Assembly (NCBI RefSeq): GCF_036321535.1
Contig: NC_087437.1
Span: 9,178,001-9,242,000, forward strand
Direction: 5' to 3'
DNA length: 64,000 nucleotides
DNA from: Camelus dromedarius
Lineage: Eukaryota
A program made the position numbers and the translations under genes. A model generated the notes under the pieces. The model saw only the letters and a list, made by a program, of their open reading frames with translations. It did no database searches and was not told the origin of the DNA. This document shows, piece by piece, positions 27,826-40,106 of the stretch; the stretch's first letter is position 1; the number at the start of each line of letters is the position of its first letter.

Positions 27826-28347
27826 GATTCAGAAGACGAAGAGGGATTTTTTTTTTTCACTTTAAGGATCACTGAAAAGCATAACACATATGGCCTGATT
27901 CACTAGGAAGTTATCTGACTGGTGATATTTGATATTTGTCTCTTAAATTTGTAAGCAAGGCCCACGAACGTGGCTTTGTCCCCACAACCCATTTTAATAA
28001 ACGGGATAAAGATCATTTCAAAGTAGCAAGTGGTTTAAAGCAACCCTCTGATGCACATATGTTCAGATGGATGTTTGGGTATGGTCCCGTCAATGGTTTT
28101 AACCACATGACAGTATCACCAATGCCATTTCATCAGTTACATAAATCACTAAATTTCATTTTCCAAAAGCACATTTTGAGTTTACTGATCGCATAAGATC
28201 ATCCTTAAACATTGATTTTTATCTTCAAGGGTTTCCAGGTGTGTGAGCTGACTAATTGAGGCCTACTCCAGGCCAGGCAGAGGGAGAGATGAGGGGTAAC
28301 CCACAGCTAAGACGCTGGCTGAGAAATCACTGAGCGACGGAGCTTAC

Positions 28348-28456
28348 CTGCAAGGGTTACACTGACAATTCCTACTGTCATAAAAACAGGGACCTAGACA
28401 GAAGTTTGCTGAATTGTAGGAGCAGAAGTAACACACTATATTTCAGAATGTCCAGA
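28348..28456 (-). other. Candidate 109-nt cassette/pseudo-exon
   Basis: Acceptor CCCTTTTGTGTTCAATTTTTTACAG|T and donor CAG|GTAAGC. Confidence 0.28.
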
Positions 28457-29169
28457 CTGTAAAAAATTGAACACAAAAGGGATGGGATGCAATAAATGGT
28501 ATAAAATACAAACCACTTATATAGAAATAAAAAACTAGGTCCAAGGAAAAGTGAAAATAAGACACTATTGAAACTCCAAAAATAGGTATTCTTTCTTACA
28601 GGGAATGCCACCTTTCAGATTCCTATAAATTATCTCTTCAAACCTATAGATTTCTGAACGTGTATGATAATTTGGAAGTTCTCCACTAGTTACTGCCTAC
28701 TTGGATAAAATAACAGAATGTCAAAGTTAGAAGGGGCATAGCTTGCAGGGCATTTGATTGAAATTATTATCTCAGTGGTTTAAAAATATATTTGTCATCA
28801 CAGGATTCTTTCTTCTGGAGAAGATTTTGCAGAAGTCCAACTGTTAACAGATAACACAGAGGTTGAAGTTGGCCTGAGGAACCCAGAGCTCTGAACTCCA
28901 TCCCACCGTCCTTTATGGAGCCTAGTGAGAGCCCTGGGGTCCACAGAGCAGATTGCAAACCACGGCCTCACATACAGTCCCCGCTGAAATGCCCCGGGCC
29001 AGCTCATTCTATTTGCTAGATTGTTTTTGCATGACTCCAAAGTCTGAGAAATTACCTCCCAAGGCAGCTGGGCCCACTTGCAGACAGCTTTGCATTTTTA
29101 AAGAAGCCTTTCTTACAGAAATGAAATCCATCTTTCTGCAACTTCCTTTCACCGCCTAGTTAGCTAGTA

Positions 29170-30002
29170 CAGTAGTTCCCCCTTCTTCACGGTTTTGCTT
29201 TCTACAGGCGAAACCATGGTCCAAAATATTAAATGGAAAATTCCAAAAATAAGCAATTGACAAGTTTTAAACCATGCATCATTCTGAGTAGCGTAATAAA
29301 ACATGTGATCCCTCTCTGTCTCTCCCAGGACGTGAACGACCCCTTCGTCCAGCGTATCCCACCCGTTAACCACTTAGCAGGTTATCAGGTGGACTGGCAC
29401 GGTCTCACAGTGCTTGTGTTCAAGTAACCCTTATTTTACTTAATAACAGCCCCAAAGCGCGAGAGTAGTGATGCTAGCAGTTCGGATACGCCACAGAGAA
29501 GCTGTTAGAGAATTCCTTTAAGTGAAAAGGTGAGAAGTTCTTGACTTAATAAGAGAAGAAAAAGAAACTGAACCCTGAGGTTGCTAAGATAAGAATCAAT
29601 CTTTTATCTGTGAAACTGCAAAGAAGGAAAAAGAAACTCCTCCTAGTCTTGCCGGTGCAGCTCAGACCACACAAGTTCCAGCCACCGTGCTTAGCTGAGG
29701 AGGAAGAGGCCTGATGTTTGTGCAATAAGATGTACCAAGAAAGAGCGAGAGCACGTTCACTCAATATACTTTTATTACAGTATATGATTATAACTGCTCT
29801 ATTTTATTATTAGTTGCTTTTCATCACTTACTGTGCCTAATTTATAAACTAAACTTTATCACAGGTATGAATGTATAAAAAAAAATACAATACACACAGG
29901 GTTCAGTCTTTATCTGTGGTTTCATCCATCCATCCATCCATCCAACCATCCATCCACGGGGTCTTGGACTGTACCCCCCGTGGATAAGAAGGGCTTACCG
30001 TG
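29170..30002 (+). mobile_element. Tigger7/MER44-type DNA transposon (internally deleted)
   Basis: TA-flanked termini cagtagttcccc...ggataagaagggcttaccgtg. Decayed transposase N-terminus (gccccaaagcgcgagagtagtgatgct...cctttaagtgaaaaggtg). Internal (TCCA)n near 29922-29956. Confidence 0.9.
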
Positions 30003-30423
30003 TATCTTCTCTCGGGCCTAAAACAGCACATGAACATAGTCAGTGTTCATATATATAGTTGTCAGGTAAATGAGTAAGCAACCTTCCTTCTATTTTTTTA
30101 AGACGTAAACTTCATAATCTCTTTCCCAAACAGCAAGGCGTTCGGACACTGTTATCAGTCTCAACATTTTTCAGGTTCGGGTGCTTCAAGCACTTCTCCC
30201 ATGGTGTGGCTTCCAGACCCTTCACCACCCCGGGTGGCTCGTTCTGGCCGTGAACAGTTTCACACACCTTCTTTGAAGTGAGGAGACTAGAACCGAGTGC
30301 AGTGCACTAAGCTTGATCTGACAAGAGCGACCATGTAGAACCACTGGTTCTTTAAGTCTGGGCTCATTCACTGAGTCCCATGCTTGACTCCTACTGAGCG
30401 TGTGGTCCACCCAGTTCTCTAAA

Positions 30424-30632
30424 TCAGCGGTCAGAGAGGTCTAACTCTGGTCTACGGTCTGTTTTTATAAATAAAGTTTTACTGGGACACAGGCACAACC
30501 ATTCTTTTCTGTATTATCCATGACTGCTTTCATGACAGTGGCAGAAATGACTAGCCACACAGAGACCGTATGGCCTGCAAACCCTAAAATGTTTCCATGC
30601 TATCCTTTATAGAAACTGTTTGCTGATCCTTG
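30424..30632 (+). mobile_element. MER58A-like hAT-Charlie element
   Basis: tgtttttataaataaagttttactgggacacag...gagaccgtatggcctgcaaaccctaaaat...tttgctgatccttg. Confidence 0.85.
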
Positions 30633-30674
30633 CCCAGGACCAATTCAAGTTCACTGTATGATAGCATTTATAAG

Positions 30675-30986
30675 TGGAACCTAAAAAATACAAGAAACTA
30701 GTGAATATAACAGAAAAGAAGCAGCTCACAGATCTAGAGAACAAACTGGGGGTTACCAGTGGTGGGGGAGGGCTGGGGGATGGGGTGGGGGGTCAGAGGT
30801 ACAAACTCTCAGGTATAAAATAAGCCACAAGGATATATGGTGCAACACAGGGAGTATGGCCAATATTTTATAATAACTATAAATGGAGTATAACTTGTAA
30901 AATTTGTGAATTCCTATATTGTACAATTGTAACATATACTGTTGGACTGCAATTATCGTTCAATTTTAAAAAGCTAAAAAAAAAAG
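30675..30986 (+). mobile_element. L1 3'-UTR fragment with G-rich tract
   Basis: aactagtgaatataacagaaaagaagcag...gagaacaaact...ggttaccagtgg, G-runs, then tataaaataagccacaaggatata and an A tail. Confidence 0.85.
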
Positions 30987-31204
30987 TTCCAACCCACATC
31001 AGCGTGCCACCAAATACTACAAACCCAGGGAAACAAGGAAACTGCTCCCTCCCAGCCAAAGCTAACTTTTGCCTCAGAATTCCCTTAAATTGGCATTTCT
31101 CCCACCTCTGTAATCCCTAGAATTGTCTGTGAAAATTTTAGACAGTGCCAATTCCTGGGCCTCAGACTAGGTTAACTAACTCAGAAACACGAGGAGCATG
31201 GTTT

Positions 31205-31400
31205 AGAATAAAATAGATTAAAAACCACATTTCTTCTGTAGCGCACAGGGAACTATATTCAATATCTTGTAGTAACCTAGAATGAAAAAGAATTTGAAAA
31301 GGAATATATGTATGTGTATGGATGACTGAAACATGACGCTGTGCACCAGAAACTGACACACTGTAACTGACTATCTTTCAATTAAAAAAATTAATAATAA
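31205..31400 (+). mobile_element. L1 3'-UTR fragment (possibly inside a decayed MER5-like element)
   Basis: tttcttctgtagcgcacagggaactatattcaatatc...actatctttcaattaaaaaaa. Confidence 0.85.
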
Positions 31401-31499
31401 TCCTTGGCATCAGCAATCCTGTCTGAGGTCTGTGTTTTTACCATCGTACCCTTCAGCTGATTTCTGGTTTTGCTGTTCTTGGTGTGGTTGTCTGTTTAC

Positions 31500-32735
31500 C
31501 TCATTTTTGCTCGGAGATACTTTGAGACCAACAGAGAAGTTGCAAAACTAGTACAGGGAGTTCCCATGCATCCTTCATCCAGGTCCCTCCAATGGTAACA
31601 TTTTCTATAACCACAGCAAATTTATCACAACCAGAAAATTGACATTGGATTGAACTCTTAACTAAACAACAGGTCTTATTCAGATGTTACCAGTTGTAAC
31701 ACATGACCTGTTTTCAGTGTATATTTCTTGGAAATTTTATCTCATGTATATATTCTGGCAACCACCATCACAATCAGGAAACAGATGATTCTGTCACTCC
31801 AGAGAAAGTTCCTCAGGCTACCTCACTGCAGTCACAGACTCCCTCCAACTCCAAATTCTGAGAAACCACTACAGAGTGTAATTTGGAGACTGCTCCATAC
31901 GCGGAACAAGAAAGTATGGCGTCTCGTGAGGCTTATTTGCTCACTCACCATAATGTCCTTGAGATCCACCCAAGATGCTGCAGGCATCAATCGTCCATTC
32001 CTTCTGACTGTTAAGTAGCACTCCATCCATCACATCCATGTATCACAGTTTGTTAATCCATTTGCCCAGGGAAGGGCATTTTGTTGTTTTCATTATTTGG
32101 TGGTGAGCAGTAACAGAACTTCTACAAAGACTTGTATCCAGGTTTTTGTGTGAACGGAAAGTTTCAGTGCCATGTGGTGAAGGCCCAGGAGTAAGACTGC
32201 TGAGTCTTGGGACAAGTATATGTTTACCTCTATAAGAAACCACCAAAAAAAAAAAAAAAAAAAGAAAGAAACCACCAACTGGCCTCCACAAGGGCTGTGC
32301 CAGTTTGCATCGCCCCAGCAACGTGTTCCATTCACTCTGCATCCTCTAGTCGCTGGGGTCAGTGCTGGTTCTTTATTTCACTGTAGACATTCCAGCAGAT
32401 GTGCAGTGGCATCCTCCTGTGGCTGTAACCTGCATTTCCCTAAAAGCTAACGATGATGCTGGGTATTTTCTCACGTGCTGATTTACTGCCTGTGCGTTCT
32501 TTGGTGAAGTACCTGTTCAAGCCTTTCATCCATTTTCTAATTGGAATGGTTGCCTTCTTGCCGTTGAGTTTAACGTGTTCTTAATACCGGCTGGATGCAA
32601 ACTTTGTCAAATGTGTGAATTGAAAATATTTTCTTCCAGATGGAGGTCTGTCTGCCACAGAACTAAAATTTTAATTTTGGTGAAATCCAATTGATCTGTT
32701 CTTTGGTTAACGGATAATGTGTTTGGTGTCGGTCT
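31500..32735 (-). mobile_element. Old L1 (L1MB/MC-like) 3' region
   Basis: gaagttgcaaaactagtacagggagttccc...gagatccacccaagatgctgc...tgcatttccctaaaagctaacgatg...ttaattttggtgaaatccaatt. Confidence 0.85.
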
Positions 32736-32736
32736 T

Positions 32737-33390
32737 TGTCAGTCAGGGTCCAATCAGGAGAGAGAAAAACTACACAGCGAAGTGAACAGGGAAAGTTTAC
32801 TAGTAACTGTAACAGGACGTTACTTAGTGACAATTTCCCAGTAAGAAGTAAAGAGATCTCTAAACAACGCAGAACTAGCAAATACAAGGAACAGCCCCCA
32901 CCCCTGGTGCTGAGGTCCTGTGACTGAGGACAGGCCACCCCACCCGGCTCTGAGCTCCAGACCTTGATTGGAGAGGCTGTGGCTCACTGAACCATTGAGA
33001 GGTTGCTCTGGGGCCTCCGTGGTGGAACCTGCTGGAAATCTGCCCTCTTGGCACCAGAGAAAGCTATTCACGGAGAATCTAACTGGAGACACAAACTGAC
33101 ACGACTCTGCTTTGGCATGCTGGGAGAAGTTGCTGTCCTGTGTGTGCTCTGAACGCTGGGTACCGCAGGAGCTGGGTATCAATGGGAGAAGGGTCTACAC
33201 TGCCGGAGTCTGGCCAGTGAGCACCCAAGACCAGGGAGAAAGACCTTTTCCTCCTGCGATGTCTCTCCAGTGCCCTCTCCTGACAGAGCTTAACATCATG
33301 CCCGCTGGTAAAGGAAGACTAGTTAAAGGGTCATCCCAGATCCACCTTCACAGGGCGGGGCTGGCCAGCAGGACACAGATGCACACGCTC
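32737..33390 (-). mobile_element. ERVL-class solo LTR (LTR33/40/41-like; subfamily uncertain)
   Basis: tgtcagtcagggtccaatcaggagagagaaa...gtaagaagtaaagagatctctaaa...gacagagcttaacatcatgcccgctggtaaagga. Confidence 0.65.
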
Positions 33391-33499
33391 ACAGTGCCTG
33401 GCGGAGAGGGCGCTGCCTCTGATGGCGTCAGCAGTGAGCATGGATTGCCAGCAGGAGTCTTCCCCCCAGTTTCTGAAGGATCCAGTGGGGAGGGGGAGA

Positions 33500-33925
33500 C
33501 GAATGGTTCTCTGTCCCACTGGCCTGGAGCAGAGTGTGTATCATCAAAAGGGCTCCATCCTACAGGGCTGCCGTCCCCCAAGTCTACAAGAGGGCTAGAA
33601 AGAGCTGTTTTTCAGGTGTTGTGTGTGCACCCATTGGCTGTTCCGGGTTGCAGGCTGCTCCAGCCCCCAGGCTGGCATGTGCAGAAGGAAAACAAAAAGC
33701 CAAACATAGAAAACACAAAAATGAAAGAAACTAACAACCCCCACCCCAAAATGGGAACTTCCCATTGGGTCATGCCTCAAGTCCTGAGAGCCCTGGTCAG
33801 TTTCAGTTCTCTCCACCTGTCAGAGTCTTCAGATGGTTGTTCTATGTTGTCCAGGGTTTACCACTGTAATTAGCAGGGAGATAGGGTGGAACGCTGCTGA
33901 CTCAATTTTCTTTGGAACCGGAAGC
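33500..33925 (-). mobile_element. Old L1 5'-end fragment (L1MC/MD-like)
   Basis: gggaacttcccattgggtcatgcctcaagtcctgag...tctccacctgtcagagtcttc...tgtccagggttt...ggaaccggaag. Confidence 0.55.
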
Positions 33926-34424
33926 TCTCTCTGTTTAAATTAATTACTTCCCTGGCGCGCCAAGGCTCTTCCACACAGAGGTGCTTCTGAAGCTGTGGTC
34001 TTGCCATGATCAGCTGGCTGATGGAGATTCCTTCTAAAAATATGCTTATCCTGATCTACAAGGCTTCCTAATTTGCTAAAGCAGCACACGGGCCATAACG
34101 CAGGCATTCAAGAGATACCCATGTTACCACGAAGGGCCAGTTTTACTAAATATTGGAGCCAACTTGAAAAAAAAGCTTGAATTGTCCTGAAATGCCAGCT
34201 GGTGGCGGCAAATTGACCTTCGGCATCACTGATGTGTACTCACCTTTGTGATACAAGCAAAGATCCCAGATGTCTCAGCCCTCTTTTGGCCATTCCGTCA
34301 TTTCTGATCTTGCTGGCTATCAGCTTCCTCCATGAAGTTTCTTTGCATACCTCTCCCTAATTTTTTTCCATCTGTGAGGATCACAGAGGAATGGGTACTC
34401 GAGGATAATAATGACAACGTTAAG

Positions 34425-34620
34425 CATGTAATAGCAACCCTCCTACCATTTCAGAGTAACCACTATGTGTCAGGCGTTACGGCAGATGTCTTAACTGCAT
34501 TGCTGATCATCCTCACTACGATTTGTTATTTGATAGATGAAGAAAATTGAATGACACAGCAGAGATTATAAACCTAGAGTCTGAGTCCAAATGTCATCTG
34601 CTTTTCCAGCTCCAACCCCC
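34425..34620 (-). mobile_element. MIR fragment
   Basis: taatagcaacc...cactatgtgtcaggc...atcctcac...gatagatgaagaaaattga. Confidence 0.6.
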
Positions 34621-35529
34621 AGCCTTTTCTCCCTCTCTCACCATGTCTGAACCACCCTTTCTGTCTGTCCCTTTAGACATACGTCATAGTCTTCCCATTT
34701 TGGTTTTATCTACTCAACAAGGCTGAAGTCCTCCTGATGGCAGTGAATTTTCTTAGGTCCTAAAACCCTTCCCTGACACAGAATCCTGTGCTGGGCGTTG
34801 AGTGGTGGCTGATTTTCATAGCTGCCAGTCTCGGGGCTCTGCTCTCTGGAAACTGACTTAGCAGAGAGATTTAAAGACTTGATCTAGAGAGTCACAAATC
34901 CAGCCGATGACCGCTGAGTAGAGGGGATGCTCAGTGAATAATGAGGCTAATCTGACCGGTGATCAAAGTTGGGCCACTCAAACTTGAGATGAGGTGCATG
35001 AATTGGCGGCTACATATGGAGGCACGGAGCCAAGTGTCATAGACGCAAGCACAGCCTTTCAAACACACGCCTTTCAGAGACACATATTTGACAATGATAC
35101 GCGATCAAGGCTTCCATCAGTCACGCCACAGCCTCCCGTCCCAATTACAAAGCACCCGCTGTCCGTTTCTCTGAAGATGATGACATGTTATCAAAGGATG
35201 ATAAATGTCTCCACAAACAAGTTGGGCTAAAAAAAAAAAAAAAGCTTGCGATCTTTCTCTCTGGTTTTGTAATAACAAACATCTTGACTGGATTTCTTAT
35301 CTGCTGAGGAGTAAAAAACAAAAGGCTCTAACTATCACGAAAGCTCAAAAGTAAAGAGAGAAAAGTCAGAGGATCCGGGCGTTGGAAAGACTACTTCACA
35401 TCAGCGGAACAACAACCCAGAGCTGGAACTTGCTCCAAAACGTTCCTAAACACTAGTCCCGCTGACCTGAACCAGAATTCCTCCACAGCCAGTAAAATAT
35501 CTGGAATGCGCTGTTTGATAGAAAGCTCC

Positions 35530-35740
35530 TTTGTTCACTCATTCCTCCATTCATTCATTTGATGACTTCTTCTAAATGAGCCAAGACCATGCAAGGCGCT
35601 AGGGAGACAGTCATGAACAAGACAGACTTCCTCCTGCACTTCAGGAGCGTCTGCTCTACGGAGGTGACAGACAGTAAGTGAAACCACGCAAGAAACAGAG
35701 TTGTTACAAGTGTGCTGGAGAGCCCATCACGGGGTATGAA
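35530..35740 (-). mobile_element. L2 3' end
   Basis: cattcattcattt...gcaaggcgctagggagacagtcatgaacaagacagac. Confidence 0.75.
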
Positions 35741-35899
35741 AAGTAAGTTCTTTTTGAATTGAACCGAGTGAGTGCCTCTGTATTTTTCGCTCATCAGCCC
35801 TGGTTACGCACCTTCACGCCGTGCAGAACAAGGCTGTTCTTCTTCCACATGGTGACAAGCCAGATACTTGAGGGCAGCTACCATCTTACCTGCCCCCCC

Positions 35900-36165
35900 A
35901 CCCCCAATTTTCCAGGACCATTTCTTCCAGAAGTTTTTTTTAACTCTTTCACTTGTGACAAAATGTGTGGCCCTTCAAACGCCATTCTGGGCCTTCCTTC
36001 GTGCTCTAGGCTTCTTTCTCTGCAAATGCAGGGATTCACCATAGATCATTTTTGTCCACAGTCACATTAGCTACAGTGAATGACATGGCCCCGTTGTAAA
36101 CACAAGAGGAACTTGAACATTGAGGGGAACACGTGCATATTTAGTGAGCAATGTCTCTGCTGCAA
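35900..36165 (-). mobile_element. Old MaLR (MLT1-like) LTR fragment
   Basis: gacatggccccgttgtaaacacaagagg...gcatatttagtgagcaatgtctctgctgca. Confidence 0.45.
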
Positions 36166-36267
36166 ATTTCAAATTTCAGTGAACGTCACAATGGAAGATC
36201 TAACGTTACCACTTCCTCATTGTCAATCCTATACCTTTATTGATACTTCCACATGTAACCAGGGACA

Positions 36268-36348
36268 CATATATATATATATATGTATGTATATGTGTGT
36301 GTGTGTGTGTGTATATATATACATATATATATATACATATATACACAC
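36268..36348. repeat. Compound (TA)n(TG)n(TA)n microsatellite
   Basis: Directly visible. Confidence 0.95.
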
Positions 36349-36524
36349 CACATAATATGCACACACAGAACAATATTAATATAGTAAGAATGTGGAGAAA
36401 ATTTGACAGAGGGAAGATTATCAAGTAATATGTTTACTGAAACTACAACACATGTAGCTGAATCACAACCTGACATTGCAGGGCCAACAGGACCAGTGCT
36501 GAGGACCATGCCGCTGGAGGAGAT

Positions 36525-36730
36525 TTGCCAGATTCCAACCCTGGTTCCATCATGACCAGCTGTGTGACTCTGGGTAAGCACTTAACCTCTCTGATCCTTA
36601 GTGTCATCACTCCCAAAATGAGAATAAGATCAGAACCCTCCTTGAGCCATCGTGTGAATTAAATAAGTTGAACTGTGTAAAATATTATTAGAGTTAGTGT
36701 TATAGATATATATGCTATTGTTATGGTTAC
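36525..36730 (+). mobile_element. MIR
   Basis: ccagctgtgtgactctgggtaagcacttaacctctctg...aaaatgagaata (MIR core). Confidence 0.8.
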
Positions 36731-37744
36731 AATTAAATGTGCAGTGAAAATGCAATTTCATTATCTGCTAAAACCAAGCCAGTCTTCTTTGAACACTTCC
36801 CCCATGCTATGTTAAAAAGGGGAGGGGAAATGTACTTTAACATTGAATTTATGTATTTACATCATCACAGTCCCTCCAGGCTCCTTGGGTTTTTTTTTTT
36901 TTTTAAACTCTCTGGCATTAAGTTAAAATTTTATGTCTCTTTCTCTTCTGGTGCTTGATCTACCTCTTCCAATTCCTTTCCATTAAGTTCAGGAAGATGA
37001 CAGGTGTTCATAATGTGTTCCAAGCTTCCTAGCAGTCAAGGCAAAAAGGGAAAGATGACTCATTATGAGAAAAGAGGCAGCAGGCCGGTCTCACATGGAG
37101 CTAAGATTAATGGAGCTTTCCTCCTGCCTGCATGCATCTGCATAGCCAGAATCGACTCTCCTACTCTGTTACCATCAAGACAAAGCTCCCCCTCTCCTTC
37201 TAGTGCTTGTGACTTTCCATAGAAGAATTCAAACATCCTTCCGATTATCCCAATTCTCAGCTTGCTGTCCATCCAGTGTCACAGTCCTGTAGAAACAGGA
37301 CAGAAATGGCAATAAGGAGACTGCCAGCAGAACAGACTTGGTCCCACTGGGCCGTTAGCTTCTTTAAGTCTTGGCTGTTTTCTTAGGCTAGGGTTTTTTA
37401 GAGCATGAATAAATCCAGCCAGCTTCAGCTCTCTGGAAGGAATGTTTCACCATTTATTTGTTTAATCTCTCTAAAGCAGTCCAAAAGCATTACCTGGAGG
37501 TAGGACTCAGAATTGGATTTCTAGTCCCAGAGGACACCGCTGTTGCTGCGAGAGTCGGCCGAGAGCCCTAGCATGTAACAGACACATTTGCAGTTAGAGT
37601 CTATTAATAAACCGACCAGAGCTCACCAGTTAAAAGCTGAAGAATGCTATTTAATGCTCTCTTTTGCTTTTTAATGGACTGAAACCTGTTAAAACACTGC
37701 TTAAGAATAAGGCAAATGTTTCTTGCAGGGAATAGAGGGGCAGG

Positions 37745-37746
<2 letters not shown>

Positions 37747-37785
<39 letters not shown>
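37747..37785. repeat. (CA)n microsatellite
   Basis: Directly visible. Confidence 0.97.
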
Positions 37786-37788
<3 letters not shown>

Positions 37789-39796
37789 AGGTTAATGTCA
37801 GCAGGCTCTACACCAAGAGCAGCTGGGATGAAGCAAAACCTAGAACCTATAGGGTCCAAGGAACCCCAGAGAAAGGCTGGAGAGGAAACTTGAGACGTTC
37901 CACTCAGACAGAACTTCTATGATCACATTCTCAACTTTTCCTGGGGCTATTAAATCAACGGAGCAAAAAATAGGTACATTCGGTCCACAGACAGAGCGAG
38001 CGAGGTACATACAGTGGGGGAGGCTTAAAATGGCACCAGAGATGTCCCCGGGCTCTCGTACCAAGGTGCACGCTCCGAGGGGCCCTTCCGGGGGCTCTGA
38101 CGCAGAGGATGGCTTATTGAGCACGAAAATGAGAGAAGTTAGGGGATGGTGTTTTAAAGACTTGCCTCATTCTTTAACCTCCCAGATGGGCTGTTCTGTC
38201 TATTTTTGAAATCGTGATGCAAACCAACCAGCTGATGCAGTCATTTCTGGTGAGAGTCTTGCTCCGGTGACATCTGTCAGGATTCACCTTCACAATCAAA
38301 ACCTGGTTCTCTCTCCCCACCTAGGAGCCGCGTCTGCCGGCCCCACTCTGGGCCGCGGGCTGTCCTGGGCTGGCAGTGGCGCCCAGGCTGGCCACCTGTC
38401 TGCGGAGCCCCTGGCTGGGTCAGAGCGTGGCCGCCAGGTCAAGGGCATCGCCTCAGGCTTCTGGTCGTGGAGGCACCTTCCTGACTTCCTGCCCTGTGTG
38501 CCTGGACTTGGATTCACAACCTTCCTCTGAAAACATGAGGCCCCCCATCTTTTACACACATTCGGAAAATTCTCTTCCTTCAACACCTGGCTCTGGGGTT
38601 TGGAGTCGTACACTCACTTGGATTTAGCACACGCCTGCTTCCCACCAGCAAACACGCGTTCTTCCCAGGACCGTCCCGGCTTCTCCCTGGACCTCCAAAG
38701 CTCGTGGTCCGGCCTTTTCCACTGCTGGTGCTCAGACAGCCCAGAGAGGAAGACTGGAGAGGACAACACCACTGTGGCAGGTTCACCTGACACTGACGGC
38801 CACGGCAGTGACTCCCCTCCCACGCGGCCTGCTTACGTTGGGACTGAGCCACTCGGCCGTCACTGGGTGTGGCCTCAGCCCTCTCCTCTGAGGCCCACCT
38901 CAACCAGAAGAGCAGGTGCACTGCAAAGGTGCTGTGACTTTACAGGGGAGGCCACACAAGGAGAGAGAGCTTCAGCCGGGCTGTCTTTCTGGAACCCAGA
39001 TGCCATGCAGTGAGGAGCCCAGGACGCATGGAAAGGCCACCAGCAGATGCTCTGGCAGACAGCCCTGGCTGAAGTTCTAGCCAAAAGGTGGCATTTTTGT
39101 TTTTTTTAGTCATTACCATTTAATTTTCATTAAAATTGCTAGTTCAGATGAAGAACAGGACTAGAAGAGTGTTTACAATCAACTTCTGAAAAACTGCATT
39201 TATCTAAAGGAAATGAAACAGGCCAGCAGCAGTCCGAAAAAGGCACCGCTGGTATTATTGGACGTGGATGAAATGTGCTGTTCAGGGTAGCATCATACTT
39301 AGGCCACACAAGGCCAGGAGGAGGAGACGCACAGAGGACACACCTGCAGGCAGTGTTTATCCTGGATTCTCCAGTGAGCTGGAGAGAACCGAGTATTTCT
39401 GAAACATTCGACGAGAGCTCTTTACAAAAATGACTGCATCTCCCACAGGATTTAGTTACAGCCATGTTCTTCATTCCACATCGTGCACCTAACACGTGAG
39501 TCAGGCAGGTCTGGAGAGGACGCCAGCACACGCTGCCATTTGACTGTAACCCGACAGGGGACCTCTCCCCACACTCCTCCGCCCGAGCGAACCCTGCCCT
39601 CTTAACCTCAGAATCACGAGAGAGATCCATCACATACGGCTAATAATACAGCTCAAGATACTCGTAATCATGAGACACACTGATAATAAACGATGCTTGT
39701 TTTTTATCCCACTACCAAGTTTTCAGTGGTTTGTTCTGTATGCACAGATAATTGGAAAAGATATTAAGAAGCTAAACATTTGGAGACATCGAGACC

Positions 39797-40014
39797 AGGG
39801 ATTTGCAAAGTATGGCCCATGGACCAGATCCAGCCTGCTGTGGGTTTTAGGAAATAAAATTTTATTGGAACACAGCTCATTGGTTTACATATTGCCAGTG
39901 GTTGCTTTCATGTGGCAGTGTCAGAGCTGAGTAGCTGTGACAGAATTTGCGTGACCCACAAAGGCTAAAATACTTAATACTCGACCCCTTATAGAAAAAG
40001 TCTGTTGAACTTTG
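39797..40014 (+). mobile_element. MER58A-like hAT-Charlie element
   Basis: cagggatttgcaaagtatggcccatggaccagatccagcc...aaataaaattttattggaacacagc...gagtagctgtgacaga...aaaggctaaaatact. Confidence 0.88.
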
Positions 40015-40029
40015 ATAGACAAATGGCTG

Positions 40030-40106
40030 ACTCTTTTCTTTTCTTTTTTCTTCTCCTTTTCCTTTCCTTTCTCTTTCCTTTTCCTTTTCTTTTCCTTTTT
40101 CACTTT
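40030..40106. repeat. Polypyrimidine (TTTTC/TTTCC)n tract
   Basis: Directly visible. Confidence 0.9.

Noticed and set aside
29446..29720. Tigger transposase N-terminus as a domesticated gene
   Set aside because: Start codon lost, in-frame stop and indels; ordinary MER44/Tigger7 relic.
33112..33873. Longest ORF in the track (253 aa)
   Set aside because: Spans an LTR relic and an old L1 fragment in GC-richer DNA; no recognisable domain; antisense within an intron.
36080..36581. ORFs with YI/HT/CV repeats (also 49867-50112 and 55279-55645)
   Set aside because: Translations of microsatellites.
37840..39633. Cluster of overlapping ORFs in a GC-richer segment
   Set aside because: ORFs occur on both strands and in several frames with no homology or codon signal I can recognise; expected from GC content alone.
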